A stretch of 64,000 nucleotides of DNA from Octopus vulgaris (taxonomy: Eukaryota), in contig OX597814.1 in NCBI GenBank assembly GCA_951406725.2, forward strand, positions 45,012,001 through 45,076,000, read 5' to 3'. The notes beneath the pieces were generated by a model. It was not told the origin of the DNA. It saw only the letters and a program-made list of their open reading frames with translations, and ran no database searches. Shown in pieces: positions 25,669-40,029 of the stretch. Position numbers and translations under genes: made by a program. Numbering within the stretch: position 1 is the stretch's first letter; the number at the start of each line of letters is the position of its first letter.

Positions 25669-26133
25669 ACTCTGGGATATGCCGATACACACAGATAGAG
25701 AAATTAAGGCCAACAGACCAGGTATAGTTGTCAGAGATTATGAAGAAAAAAATGCTTTCTAATTGATGTATCAATACCGGCTGATGACAACGTGTCTCTA
25801 AAAGAAATGGAGAAACTCTCAAAATACAAAGACCTGGAAATAGAGGTAACTAGAATGTGGAATCTGAAAACAGAAACAATTCCTATCATAGTAGGTGCAT
25901 TAGGCATGATAAAAAAATATTCAGACAAATACATAACAAAAACACCATGACTTACAAACACATATAACATACAGAAAATTGCACTACTAGGCACTGCACA
26001 CATCCTACGCAGAACACTTTCCATACAATAACCATCAGAGCATCACAACAAATCACAGCACATACCCAAGGCACACAGAGCTGCGCTCGGTAGTGAAGTG
26101 AAAGCACGCTATAAAAATAAAACTACTGAATAA

Positions 26134-26217
<84 letters not shown>
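25666..26217 (+). mobile_element. R4/Dong-type LINE 3' end, young 5'-truncated copy ending in a (TAA)n array
   Basis: Near-identical to 52788-53331. Tail array at ~26129-26217. Confidence 0.93.
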
Positions 26218-26219
<2 letters not shown>

Positions 26220-26400
26220 TCGAAAAATACGTTAGGAATGAGAACCCAGGTTCGAAATTTTCCCAAGACACCTGATCAAGGCTGAAGGGTGTATCAGCCG
26301 AAACGTTGTGCGACCAACAAGCAAAGTGGGGACAAACATCCGTCAAAAGTAGATAATGTAAATAATGTACATAATTCCTCATCTCTTAAATATAGGACTG
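26218..26400 (+). mobile_element. Hammerhead-bearing repeat module after (TAA)n (HHR at 26268-26311)
   Basis: CAC-CTGATCA-A-GGCTGA...TCAGCC-GAAA-CG-TT-GTG. Homologous to 53332-53480. Confidence 0.75.
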
Positions 26401-26597
26401 AAAGTAGAAAATGTTAAAATAATTTTACCATGAAGTACATTTTAGTAATGGTTAGTCTTTTCGACTTTTTCAACTTAAAGTAAAGCATGAAAAACAATTA
26501 AATTGTGGAAAAATTAAATACAATGTTTTTTAAAAATATTTCTATAGTTTGTCTGTCCCGATAGGTTTTTTTTTGTATATTTTTTTTGTATATATTC

Positions 26598-26632
<35 letters not shown>

Positions 26633-26786
26633 CACAGAAAAATAGATGAGCTGACAGACAGACAAACAGATAGATAAATAGTCAGAGAGACAGACATACA
26701 GAAAGACAAACAGACAGGCAGGCAAACAGACAGACATCAGACAGACAGACCAACAGACAGACAGATAGACAGGCAGACAGATAGAC

Positions 26787-26873
<87 letters not shown>

Positions 26874-27387
26874 GCTTGTATTTAGACACGTATTGTATGA
26901 GCAGATTCGGGAAAGCGTGGTTATATAAATGTGCATTTACGCTTGTGTATATACCTGTGTGTTTACAGGAAATTGAATGTGAAGTAGTTATATTGCTTCC
27001 CTGTTAATGATAAACATTTTCTAAATGGAATCCATCATAGTTCTATACAATATCAATGAGGTTATTGCAACGGATCAGATTTAAAGATAACGAGAAACAG
27101 CCCTAAATTCATTCCCGCAGTTCCTCTTACACGATCTAAACAATTCCTCTCTTTACAAAGTTATTTGATTGTGTTGATATATAAATGAGTTTAATGATAT
27201 TTGTATTTGATCGAATATCCACTTTCTTTGTATTTGTACACAATGACAATTGTCAACCAAATTGAATTTTGTTGATAGAAACACTTGCATGGTTGCATGT
27301 TTAAAATAATTTCTGCATATAGGCATGCTTATGTGTATATATATATATATAACATTGCAAGCTATATAGTATATACATATATATATA

Positions 27388-27448
<61 letters not shown>

Positions 27449-27847
27449 CATTGCAAGCTATATAGTATATATATATGCATATATATATATATATATATAT
27501 ATACATACATATATATATATACATACATATATATATATAATATGATATGTGCGTTTTTGTGTATATATATGTGTGTGTATGTGTAGGTAAGTAGGTAAGT
27601 ATATACATATTACACATATTGCCTTTTGATCGCGTCTTGTGTGTGTATGTGCTTCCATGGTTTTCGATGTGTGACTCGTTATGATCTAATCCCTATATAC
27701 GAAAATGACCTAAACATAAGAATATATATACGTTTGCCTGCTTTGATTCACATCCATGTAAATAGCTTTTCAGCACATAAACGATTATATTTTCGTCTCA
27801 CACTCTCACGAACACACACGAACACACAGAGCAACATATATACATAC

Positions 27848-27882
<35 letters not shown>

Positions 27883-27891
27883 CATAGTAAC

Positions 27892-27950
<59 letters not shown>

Positions 27951-28759
27951 CATAGTAACATATAAATATATATATATGTATATAAACATGTATGTATTTA
28001 TATATGCATGTATGTATACACACATAGATACAGATATCCTTTGATCGCATCCCTTGCATGTATGTGTTTGTGTGGTTTTTGGTGTGTGGCTTCTTATAAT
28101 TTGATCCCGATACACGAAAGTTTGTAGCATGTATGGATATGTGTATGTTTGCTTGCTTTCATTCGCATCTGTACAAATAGCTTTTCAATAGATAAACAAG
28201 TATAGTTTTTGTCACACATCCACCAACACACCATACGTACACACACACACACACATACACAAAATACAGACGCATATCTATGTATTTGAATACGCGTGTG
28301 TATATGTAAAAGCATTGTAGTTTGTTGAAGCATTGCAGGATATAGAGAAAATCAGTGTGTTATGGTGTTATGGAAGGCGATAACAATGCAGATACAACAT
28401 AAAATATCAAAACTATCAATAACAAAGATACTGAATTGTTACCTTAACTAATATTTAATTAGTCCTGACATTTCGATTTAAAAACTACAATACAAAGGCT
28501 TTAAAGAACAAGATACACAGATACACGTGTGTGTGTGTGTGTGTGTGTGTGCGTGCGTGCGTGCGTGAGAGAGAGAGCGTGAGTGCGTGTGTGTATAATG
28601 TGTCCATTATGCTGGCGTGTTTGATATTCGAACAACCACGCGTGTGTAGGTGTGAAAATTTGGAGATTTAGATTTTGTTCTATAGTCTATAGTACGGGTT
28701 CAAGTATTGTGAATTATAGTATTCATAGTATCTATTGGCATTCGTTCAAATCAATCCGG

Positions 28760-30150
28760 ATGCTAATTGTTTGCTTGTGTTTCATGATCAATATAGCTCC
28801 TTTTATCCGCAAGTTACCGACATTATTGCTTTACTGGTAACTGCCTTCTCTTTGTTAATGATCTTGTAGATGCTTTTGAAAGATGATGCGTTTGAGTTGG
28901 GATGGCCTCTGATTTCGAATCAAAGAGTTGAGTTCTTGCAGGTCCAGAGCAATTAGTATCGCTCTTTTTTCACATTTGATGTCATTATTTTGGAGGATAC
29001 GTATGCTTCATGATCCAATTCTCAACAATTTATCTTCCCTTTTTGTCCGCGTAGGTAGTATCCGTTCTTGTCGCAATAAGCCAGTCAGAATTAAACATAG
29101 TTGGCTTTGTTTAGAGCACTTTTACTTATACCTTCCCTGCATGAAGCGAGCAGTGCTATCTTATAGAGATAATTCAGTTACTACGCCATCCAGGCAGGGG
29201 ATATATCAAAGCCCAGGCTCATTTTCCGTACAAATTGTATTAACAGCTCCTAGTTTATGTAACCCTGTTTCCACCACATTCTTTTATCCTCGTGAGAATT
29301 TGTCAAGAATGGAGAGAAGAGACAAAGAGACAAATTGAAAGAAGAATAATGCGCTAGTGCTTGATTTATATTGTAAGAGAGATGTGCTCACATCTAAACC
29401 CACTTCTTCGTTCTTACACAAAATCCCTTGTAGTGCAATAAATTCGGTGAAACTGAGCTTCCCTAAGCATACATAAGATTGTGAAAATGACTGACGGGAT
29501 CTCAAGACCTCGCAGTATCGTCGAACTTGCATTAAAGACTATATCATAAAACACCATACCAGATATTTGCCCTAAATCTGAGCTTCTGGTACAGCATGGT
29601 GGTATGCTTGCACTTGCGTTCATTGGCCGACTGCTTCAGCTTAGAAGCTGTGGAGATACATTTTACTTATTTCTTCTTCAATGAAATGGGTGCTTTTCAC
29701 TAACCCATATACACATTTTGAATGCACGTGCATACATGCACATTGTTCGATGAATAAAACTCCTGAATTCATTCATACTTCTAACAGGTTTTGTTTTTTT
29801 ATCCCGCATGATGTCCAAAATCACCCTCCTCACTAAGCAAGTGTGGCGAATTTTCCAGTTTGCTTTGTCGCTGACAAACCGACCAACATTTACTACTGGG
29901 TTATACGTTAACAGCAACACACATAATATTTCACTCCTTCTCCCAGTGAATGAAATATACGAATTATCAGCCAAGAGGTCATATGTAAAGGATCAATGGA
30001 ACACTTTCAGATTTTTCTGGTCAAACCACTCATCAAAATTTAAGAACCTATCGTAGATTCCCATTGACAGAGCATCTGATGAGGTTCCTTCCATTTTTGA
30101 AATAGTGATGCTTATATAGCCATTGTTCTTTGATATAGCATCAGCTGTAG
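28760..30150 (-). mobile_element. Possible ancient hAT-type transposase remnant
   Basis: Scattered minus-strand fragments FDEWFD, FVSDKANW, IPPCCTR and TKRRQL occur in the order of hAT motifs (DGW.D, VTDNAA, P..TRW, TKRRNRL). Very degraded. Confidence 0.3.
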
Positions 30151-31636
30151 AATCACTAACTGCTGACATATACGCCTATTGAGGTGACAGTTATTGAAAA
30201 ACTTAGTTACTTCCTTCATGTGGTTATCAGAGTCCATCTCATCAATTATTTCATAATTGTAAAGTCATTCCTCAACGCAAAAACAAAAGCGACAAACAGT
30301 TATATGAACCATCACAGAAGAATGTCACTCTTATCAATTGTTGACACACCTTGCTTAATAATGCATACACACACGTGCGCACGTGTGTGTATGTATTATT
30401 AAGCAAGAAAATTTGGAGATTTAATGGATAAAATTAATTTGTTAATTAATTAACATTGCCTACTGTTGTTTCAATTCACACTTAATTGAAGATTTTGAGT
30501 GGAATATCATGAGAGCGACGTATGAGCGTTCAACTTTTACCGAATAAACTGCACAACGGATATTGATGGATAGATGGATGGATGGATGGATGGATGGATG
30601 GATGGATGGATATGGAATGTATATTGTGATATTGGGATGGGACCTTGTACAGCCTCTGCCGACCAAATTCCATTCACAATGTTATGCTTAACGGGAAGCT
30701 ATAACAGCACACTCGACAAAGGTGTCGTGCATTGAGATCGAATCCGAAACCACACGATTGCTAGGCGAGCTTTTTAACAGACTTTCATGCTCTCTCGATA
30801 AGTAAATGTCTGGGGGTGTTATGCGTGTGTGTACACAGAAAGTAAAAGCAAAGAAAGGAAGGAAGAAGAAAAGAGACACTGGGGTATATATGTGTGAGGC
30901 AGTGAATGACTTATAACATTTTCACAAGCGACAGTATGTTTGACTAGTTGTGTGTATAAGTTGGTAGGTGTCAAGCATTTTGATTTTCAATTTATATGAA
31001 AGGCCTTAGAAAGCTATAAGGCAATCTCTTATAAAATTAACAATTGAAGCGATAGCAGAATAACAGAGGCAATAGTAATACACGAAGCGCAGGCAGTGAT
31101 TAAATAATGCAATGGAGATAACGGCAATTAAATTTAAATAAATTGATAAACGCTAACAGAATCTAGAGTGTTTACATGACAGTATTATACAATTATCTGG
31201 ACGCTCAACTATAAATTAAATTTCAAAATACACTACTAACCATATGATTATCAGCTTCCAATGAAAATAAGTTATTTCATTAACTGAAATTACTGAGTAT
31301 TTTCCCCTTAGGCACAAGGGTTTGGTTTGTTTTGTTGTTTATATCTTCTTTTGTTTGTTTGTTTGGTGGGTGGGCGGGTGTGTTAACAAAATGCTACTTC
31401 GAAGGTTATCAACAATTTCAAGTAGTGGAAATGATTTTTGATTGGCCAGTGTTAAACTGTATTACGGAAGCCAAAAGAAAAACACGCAAATCTTGTCCCA
31501 GCAGCCTTGATATAGAAACATTACTACGTCACTGAGTGGTCTGTGGCTTTTAGGTGATCTTCAAATTGGAATAATGAGCTAGTATTACCATATAATTTAG
31601 TACATAAATACATACATACATACATACATAAAAATA

Positions 31637-31820
31637 CAGTGTACATTTAATCACATAAGAGATGGAATTAATAAGACATTTGACCCATTTAGAGGGTAAA
31701 TTTTTTTATTATTCATTCCCTTTCGAAATTATCCCTAATAGTGATTTGAAGTTTAACTACTCCTTCTAACGGGTCAGATGTCTTGTTATGGCCATCTCTT
31801 ATGTGTTTAAATGTACACTG
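31637..31820. mobile_element. Tc1/mariner-type foldback MITE
   Basis: Long imperfect TIRs cagtgtacatttaatcacataagagatgg and ccatctcttatgtgtttaaatgtacactg, with TA on both sides. Confidence 0.85.
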
Positions 31821-31919
31821 TATTTTTATATGAATAATATATAATCTATTGACTAGTTTTTTTCTACTGGTAGCAAAGCAATTTTATAAGTTTTTTGCTA
31901 CCCAGGAATTTATCAATAT

Positions 31920-32062
<143 letters not shown>

Positions 32063-32070
32063 ATATATAC

Positions 32071-32335
32071 TAGGGTGTTGCTCACGAGCTAGCGATCGTG
32101 ACTTCAATTCCTAGACCAGGTAGTCCGTTGTGTCCTTGAGCAAAACACTTCATTTCACATTGTTCTGCGGTCACTTCGACACCTGACGCATGGTACATAG
32201 TGCACCTGTTCAGACAACGTTGATTTGATGGAGAGAGTGAACTAATGTGCAGCACGAACGTTTAATCACTATAAACAAACCGTTTGTGCAGGTCGTTCAG
32301 TAAAAGCTAAACGCTCATACGTCGTCTTCGGCGAG
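32071..32335 (+). mobile_element. CORE-type SINE (family C)
   Basis: B-box-like ttcaattcct followed by CORE-like gttgtgtccttgagcaaaacactt. Confidence 0.65.
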
Positions 32336-32393
32336 AGAGCCCATCATATGTGTGCGTCTGTATACACACACACACGCACACACAAACACACAT

Positions 32394-32436
<43 letters not shown>

Positions 32437-32450
32437 ATATATACATATAC

Positions 32451-32496
<46 letters not shown>

Positions 32497-32497
32497 C

Positions 32498-32528
<31 letters not shown>

Positions 32529-32563
32529 TATATACATACACACACACACACATACACACACAC

Positions 32564-32613
<50 letters not shown>

Positions 32614-32617
<4 letters not shown>

Positions 32618-32878
32618 ATTAGGGCTTAGTAAAATAAATTACTTTGCCACATACTGAACTTAGAGTAAACATTATCTGAGAGAAATTTTCTTTAAGTAGT
32701 AGAAATGGCTAAGAAAATTTTTTTGGCTGCTATTTCTACTAAGTTCAGTATGTGGCAAAGTAATTTATTTTACTAAGCCCTAATTATAAAATGTAATATT
32801 TTGAATTCGCCTTAAATGGTCCTTTTACATACTGAACACTTGGTGAAATTGATTAATTAATTTTACCCTCAATTGTTG

Positions 32879-32880
<2 letters not shown>
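32614..32880. repeat. Insertion within (TA)n with a perfect 50-bp inverted repeat
   Basis: Arms at 32614-32663 and 32739-32788; flanked by TA arrays on both sides. Confidence 0.85.
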
Positions 32881-32925
<45 letters not shown>

Positions 32926-33166
32926 CCAGTTCTTGAAATCGGCTTTTGAGCACTGAGCTTAACCATTTTTTAAACTAATGATATTCTTTAAATAATCTTG
33001 CTGTCGTTGTTGGTCGTGTTGCATATAAGATTGTGGAGGATTTACATTTGACGATTTAGTATTTATCTAATATTTCTAAAAGAGAAAACCCAATCCATAT
33101 GTGTTTAAGCAATAGTCATAGGAGAATGTCTAGAAGAAAAAGTTCAACGACTGTGAAGCACGATGA

Positions 33167-33202
33167 ATCTAACATTTCGGGTTCTGACTCTTTATCTGAG
33201 AT
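33167..33202 (-). ncRNA. Degenerate minimal hammerhead motif
   Basis: Minus strand ATCT-CAGATAA-A-GAGT-caga-ACCC-GAAA-TG-TT-AGAT. Stem I is intact and the core has two substitutions. Confidence 0.4.
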
Positions 33203-34199
33203 ATATTTGTTTCAAATTTAGCCACAATGACAGGAATATTATGGAGAGTGTCCAGTTGATTATATCAACCCCACTACTTGGCTGGTATTTTATATTATTG
33301 GCCCAGAAGAATAAAATGCAAAGTTCATTTCGATAGTTTTGAACTCAGTACCTAAAGGGTCGTAATTATATACAACAGGACATCCGACGCTCTCATATAC
33401 TGCCAATCAAGCATCCTTCATCTCAGATTCAGTTGTTTCTAAATTAAACAAAAGGCGAGCGATTTTGTGGGTAGAGAATTGGTTATATCGATCGCGGTAC
33501 TTGAATTTTACATCATTTTTATCGAACACAGAGATGAAAAATGAAGTGGATTTCAATTCCGAACTTAAAGAGATGAAACAAATATAGCTAGGCATTTTGT
33601 CTGAGACTTTAACCTTCTACTAATTCGCCGCCTTTCATTTGTGGAATAATGAGAGACGAATTTCTCAGATTATAATAATTCGGGATCCGAAGTATCTAAC
33701 TAGAGTCCGCATCAGTAACAATTAATCCGTAGAACTTATAGGAGAGCCATAAATAATTATAATCAGAATTTCATGCTTATTAAATACTCATTATTTATGC
33801 AGTGCTCTCGTTATGTAGCTTTGCTTTGCACAAATAAGAGTATGATAATTCATGATAATACAAATAAATGCATGATATACAAGACGTTAATTCCAGCACA
33901 AGCGTAATTGAGACAGACCTCTTGCTTACAAACACTATATTCTAATGATGGCAGGTTACTGAGAACGATGCCCTCTAGACGTTATCTGAGGGTGGGTAAA
34001 AGAGAGAAAGAGAGAAATTGAATGAGAAAGAGAGGAAGAAATGAAGAAAGCGTATACAGACTGATAAAAAAATGAATGAAAGTTAAATAAAGATAACAGA
34101 ATTGTTACCCTTAATTTAGAAATAAGGGATTTGTTCAAAATCCAGCTTAGTACTAGCTACACCTCTACAAATAAGACACCAGATGACGAGCGAACATCA

Positions 34200-35950
34200 A
34201 AAAAGCGTGTAGAAAAAGATTAATGATCCGAAAAGATATACAAATCTATAATCTGTTTATATTCTCTACATGAGACATTAACAGAAATTTATATTTTTAA
34301 CCCCATACTAAAGGTAGAGGGTAAATTCTTATCATAATACACACCTCTTTTCGATATATAGCAAATTTTAATTCAAAATCAATTAAATTAAGAGCTAGAA
34401 ATTGAAGAATGAGCTTGATAATCTCGGAAAACAATATTGATTAGAAAATTTGGTAGGTTTTCCTTGATCAAATGGCAAACTACCACATTTATTCCACACT
34501 AGGAGTAGAAAATTAAAAAAAATATGTGACACAACTTCAAATATCATACTTCTTAAGGAATTAGAAAAGTATTATTCTTCGAACAATTAATCTCCTCTTT
34601 GAGATCATCATCTGGTATATTATTTTTTCTGGAGTTACTCATAGCACTGGACTTGATTTTAATTAAAAACATTTACCTCTAAACTACGGGTAACGAAATT
34701 GTTATATCCATTAGGCTAAAAAATGATTTTGCCACTTTTAGAAAAGTCTTTGAATAATAGCTTCTATTTCTGATGTTCCAGATTATTATCATGATTTTAA
34801 CAATCTGGAAACTGTGCCATGTTTAATCTACACGAAACAATACATAGAAACACCGGAATGTTCTAGATTAATTTTGCAACAAGTTCCTTCAGAACATCAG
34901 ATCTATTAGCCACAAGAAAATGAATCACACTCATACTCGTAATGTTGCCTTATTGTCTAACGCAGCTGGGAATGACAGCTACTGAAAGAACGGGAATTCT
35001 TTTAGGTAACAGCAGAAATCATGACTATAGCTAAGGTTGCAATAATAGAGAAGTGATCAATTACCAATATGTAATTTTTTGCAGCATAGGAACTAAAATT
35101 TTCTTAAAGTATTATGAGTTTTGCAATATTCCCATTTCATCTACTTTGTAACAAAGGAAAATACAAATCACCAGTAAAGACGTAATTCAAACTGTTAATA
35201 TTGCAATATTGTAACAACCTCCTGCTTTGATGCATACACCGCCATGAAATTATTCAAACACTTAATTGCACACTACAATATTCTACAATTCCGTACCTTT
35301 TCATTTATACGTCACTAAAGTAAACTTTTCCACTCCTCACTCTTACCCCAGGAGTGTCAAACATACTTCCCTTGAGGTATCTCCTACCTACAGCAGTATT
35401 TTGTCTAGCCCCCATCTCAATTTTATTTATAAAAAAAAATGTTTAACTTTAAAAATCTTTAAAATATTTATATCGCTAGCTTACGTTCAGAGCCGGAACC
35501 CAGCCAGATTTGTGATTAGAACTGGTTTTGATCAGTAAAATCAGGATATCTCTCTCATTCTAAGTACTTTTAATAGGATTATATATAACATGCAAGATTT
35601 TCTCACACATCTCTGAAAACCAATTTTGCATCATTTCATATTCTTCTCTTTCTTTATTGTTAGTAATTTGTTTTAATGTATATTGACCACTTTATCCATT
35701 TACTTTTGGCCTACACTATGAATAGAGTTTTTAGGAATAATTGTTCCTATACGGTTCGCGAAATCTACTTTATTCCTTCAGCCTGGCCTACGAAGCCAAC
35801 CGCGTTTGACACTTCTGTCTTACGCTATTATATACTCTTGCTATACTATTATATACTCCTGCACTAAATACATAATAAATTATAGTTCTACTGCCTACTA
35901 CATTACGAAAATAGACACTATTACTTCGCCGTCTTAACCATATATTTCTT
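34200..35950 (+). mobile_element. Possible ancient I/Nimb-type LINE remnant
   Basis: ATSSFRTS near 34875 resembles ATGAFRTS of I-group RT thumb regions. Otherwise very decayed. Confidence 0.25.
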
Positions 35951-37839
35951 GTTTCATAAGCCACAACAATGGCATCAACAATATTGCTGAAGGTGGAAAG
36001 AAGGAAGAGAGTATAAGGTAGTGCCTTTTAAATGGAGAAACTCAAGTGACGACTTCGATACTAACATTACAGCGGCCATGAAAAAGAAGGTGTAGTAGAA
36101 ATATCACATGGAGGAGTATGGGATGAGTAACTGGTTATGGGAAGGGTGAACAAAGAAGGAAAGACAATAATAGTGGTATGAAAAGTGTCGCGACGGATGC
36201 GTAGATGGCGTTGGTGGTAAATGGCATCAATGAAAATGGATAATTTCAAATACATTAACTATAAGAATGAAATGAACGACAGTAGAAGTAGTGGTATCGT
36301 ATTGCTATAAAAATAAAAATAACTTTCATCTCTGTCGTCACCGTCATCATCGTCATCATCACATCATCATCGTCATGGACAGCAACAAGAACAACACCAT
36401 AATATTGATTATAATAAATGCAAGACGGATGTATATGTGTTTCTATCTCATTCTATTTCTTACCAAATCACTATGGAACGGCAAAGAAAGGAGCTACATT
36501 CCACTAGTAACTGTACTTTAAAGACAGGTTTAACAATACAAAAAAAGAGTTAATAATTTACTGGCAAAATACTGTTTCTTTAAGTAGGGGACATCAAGAA
36601 TGTGTAATTAAGGTGTCAGTGGCGTTAGACTGTATGCCTCTCAGCCAATTTTTGATAGATTGAAAATTACGTTCTGTCTGAAATGGAAGTATTTAATTCG
36701 GTGACATCTGCAGATGTTGGATACATTTTAAATGAATTATAAATCGCTAATGTGTCAATATTTCTAGTAAAACTTGAACACGATTGTATTTACATTTTGT
36801 AATAATAAAGTACACTAGTCGCGAAGTATTTTGTACTCATCATGAGTAAAGTTCCCCATAAGATGATTGCAGTTATTCAATGATATGTTCTGTCTCTTTT
36901 ACAAACACAGTCAATCCATTTACACAACACATATATCTTACATGAACAAATACACATACACGCAGAAGTAGACAAATAAAACGCGTATACATATACAATA
37001 GTAAAATAAATATTTACTGAAGAAAACAAAATATATTCTCTTGTTCTAAACATTTGGAAAGAAGACTAATGTCAAGCATTGCAGACAATAATCCAATAAA
37101 TACAAAACAGAGTTTGATATTTTTTTAATCAAAACGTGAGAATTTGGTATAGTATCAGTGTTGAAAATTCTGACTTTATTTTGTATTTAATGAAATATCC
37201 TTTCTCCCAAACAGACCTCTATTATTCGATTCAGATTCCAATGATCAAACTCGGTTTTAAATTAACAATATCAAACTTCATTTGAGAATTAATTTTCATT
37301 GTTGTTGGTAGAGACAACATTAAATGAATGAAATTAGAGGTCAACAGAATTGTCTCCTTTCTTTACAAGTAAAAGATTATATTTCTTCGTTTGCAGATGT
37401 ACCCATATATTCACACGCAATACACTGTCTCTCATAGTGACGTGAATTATTGGAAAATCTACATCGACTTACAATTCTAGTGAAATAATGGATATTAGAT
37501 GTACCTAACGGTTGGCACATCGGTGAAAAGGTTTGCTTACAACCAAAAGATTACAAAGATCTGTGAAAATTTTGCTAATATTATTTTGTTTCGTTCATAT
37601 CTTTTTAGATTTCCTTTGCACCTTGAACTATTCTGCATTTTACTGCTTCTTTTCGTTGAGTATGATTCTAATCATTGCACTTGACAATGGTGTCTTTATG
37701 TATGTTTTTGTGCATGCTATGCCAAGTCCACCACAAAAGGGTATACATATATATACATATGTACACATACACAAACATTCATACATATGTGTACGTGTGT
37801 GTGTGAGTACGTGTGAGTGGGGTTCTACAGCGAGCCAAG

Positions 37840-38250
37840 TCATTCAGTACGGAGATATTTCACATACGCAATCAGATCCAGTGGGCACCATTACTAAGAT
37901 GGAAGATAACAGTTTATCGAAGCAGTTGATTTATGAGAAGTTGCAACGTGATACAGCCTAAAATCGTTTTAGGAATTTCATCAAATACTCTTTATTGCTC
38001 TTAGAGGGAGTGTTTAAAACTGAGAGCAATTGTCGAAAAATCTATTGGTTTCGAAAGGACTGATCTATGATGCTTGTTAAGCAATCGAAACACGGAGAAA
38101 CGAATAATCCATCTTGAAAGATCAAACTCCATCGCCAACAGGAAGTGATCTCAGTCTTAGACGCATTTCAACATGATGATTGTGCAACAGTCTTCATTTC
38201 ATGTCAATTCTGTGACAAAGCTGAGCGGATCTGAAAGAGCACAAAGACTA
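37840..38250 (+). mobile_element. RTE-type LINE 3' remnant
   Basis: KMEDNSLSKQLIYEKL resembles RMxDxRxPKQLLYGEL, followed by a decayed C-terminal CxxC. Confidence 0.45.
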
Positions 38251-38402
38251 AGATAATGTCAACAGGTTTTTGGTATGTAATATATGAAAGAAGACTTGCA
38301 AAATCAAGCAGGCCTGAAGAGTCACATGCATACTCACGAATACTCTTTGCAAAATTGAAGTAATGGCTTTCTTTTGAAAAGTGGCGATTTTTATATATGT
38401 AT

Positions 38403-38448
<46 letters not shown>

Positions 38449-38528
38449 CATACATACATACATACATACATACATACATACATACATACATACATACATA
38501 CATACATACATACATACATAGAGAGAGA

Positions 38529-38598
<70 letters not shown>

Positions 38599-38924
38599 GC
38601 GATTGAGCGATTGATTGATTAATTGATTGATTGACTGACTGACTGATTGATTGATTGATTGGTCGATTGATTGATTGATTGATTGATTGATGTAGTAATA
38701 TTAGGCTTTTTCCATGATCATGTCCAAACTTTTGTCGTCTGGAGATCCGCTTATAGCAAGAAAATTTTTGTATCATGGGGAGTATCATTAACGCCGAACA
38801 ATTAAGGCCAGTACATATTTAAGATCTCTTTCTCCTGTGTGTACATCCAAGAGGATAATGTATATGTGAGTGTATATATATTACACACACTCATGTACAT
38901 ATATATATATATATATATATATTA

Positions 38925-39089
38925 GGCGCAGGAGTGGCTGTGTGGTAAGTAGCTTGCTAACCAACCACATGGTTCCGGGTTCAGTCCCACTGCGTGGCAT
39001 CTTGGGCAAGTGTCTTCTGCTATAGCCCCGGGCCGACCAATGCCTTGTGAGTGGATTTGGTAGACGGAAACTGATAGAAGCCTGTCGTA

Positions 39090-39142
<53 letters not shown>

Positions 39143-39356
39143 TTGTGTGTCTGTGTTTGTCCCCCTAGCATTGCTTGACAACCGATGCTGGTGTGTTTAC
39201 GTCCCCGTCACTTAGCGGTTCGGCAAAAGAGACTGATAGAATAAGTACTGGGCTTACAAAGAATAAGTCCCGGGGTCGATTTGTTCGACTAAAGGCGGTG
39301 CTCCAGCATGGCCGCAGTCAAATGACTGAAACAAGTAAAAGAGTAAAGAGTAAAGA

Positions 39357-39357
<1 letters not shown>
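38925..39357 (+). mobile_element. SINE family B, full length, inserted in (TA)n
   Basis: ggcgcaggagtggctgtgtggtaag...ggttcagtcccactgcgtggcatcttgggcaagtgtctt...aaatgactgaaacaagtaaaagag. Confidence 0.93.
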
Positions 39358-39414
<57 letters not shown>

Positions 39415-39416
<2 letters not shown>

Positions 39417-40020
39417 GAGGTCTGATCAGAAAGTATCCGAACTATTACTATAGTAACAGAGCTAAAGAACGCTGAGTAAAGCTCCTTGACACAGATTAAC
39501 CTTGGACTCTGTTGAGCATGCGCACTAAGTTTTAACGTTGTAGCTCACTTCTGCTATTTACAACAATGCTTGGAAGGAAGATGTGTAACATGTGGTCGTC
39601 GCATTGACCGCAAAATTGAGATGGCCAATAAAATGTTGATGGCGACGAACGTTCTGGGAGACCCGCAGCCAGCAGAACTGAGAAAAAAAAATCCTTATAG
39701 ATGTGCGAGCAGCTGTGAGGGAGAGTTGCTGAATCACCATCTGTGAGTTATTAGATAATGTGCAGATTATTTACTGTCCAGCTCAGTTCTTTATCACTGA
39801 AGATTTAGGTATGAGACGTGTGTCTGCCAAGTTTGTGCCAAAACTGCTTTCCGCTGCCCAAAACACACTCGGGTTTTCAGTTTGTCAAGATCTCCTTGAT
39901 TGCGTCGAGAACGCTGAAAACTTTTGACAACTTTGCGTAGGCCTCTGAGCAAATATCGCCAAGCTTTTGGTATCAGTTGATGCAGATTCTTTGCTCAACG
40001 TTCTCTGTCATAGTCAACTT
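39415..40020 (+). mobile_element. Mariner fragment (5' part)
   Basis: TIR-like tgaggtctgatcagaaagtatccgaact, and ITEDLGMRRVSAKFVPKLL (WVP-motif region) at ~39795-39850. Confidence 0.75.
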
Positions 40021-40029
40021 GCATCATTC

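Noticed and set aside
32670-32740. Canonical hammerhead in the spacer of the 50-bp inverted repeat
   Set aside because: Stems exist, but no CUGANGA-stem II-GAAA arrangement could be fitted on either strand.
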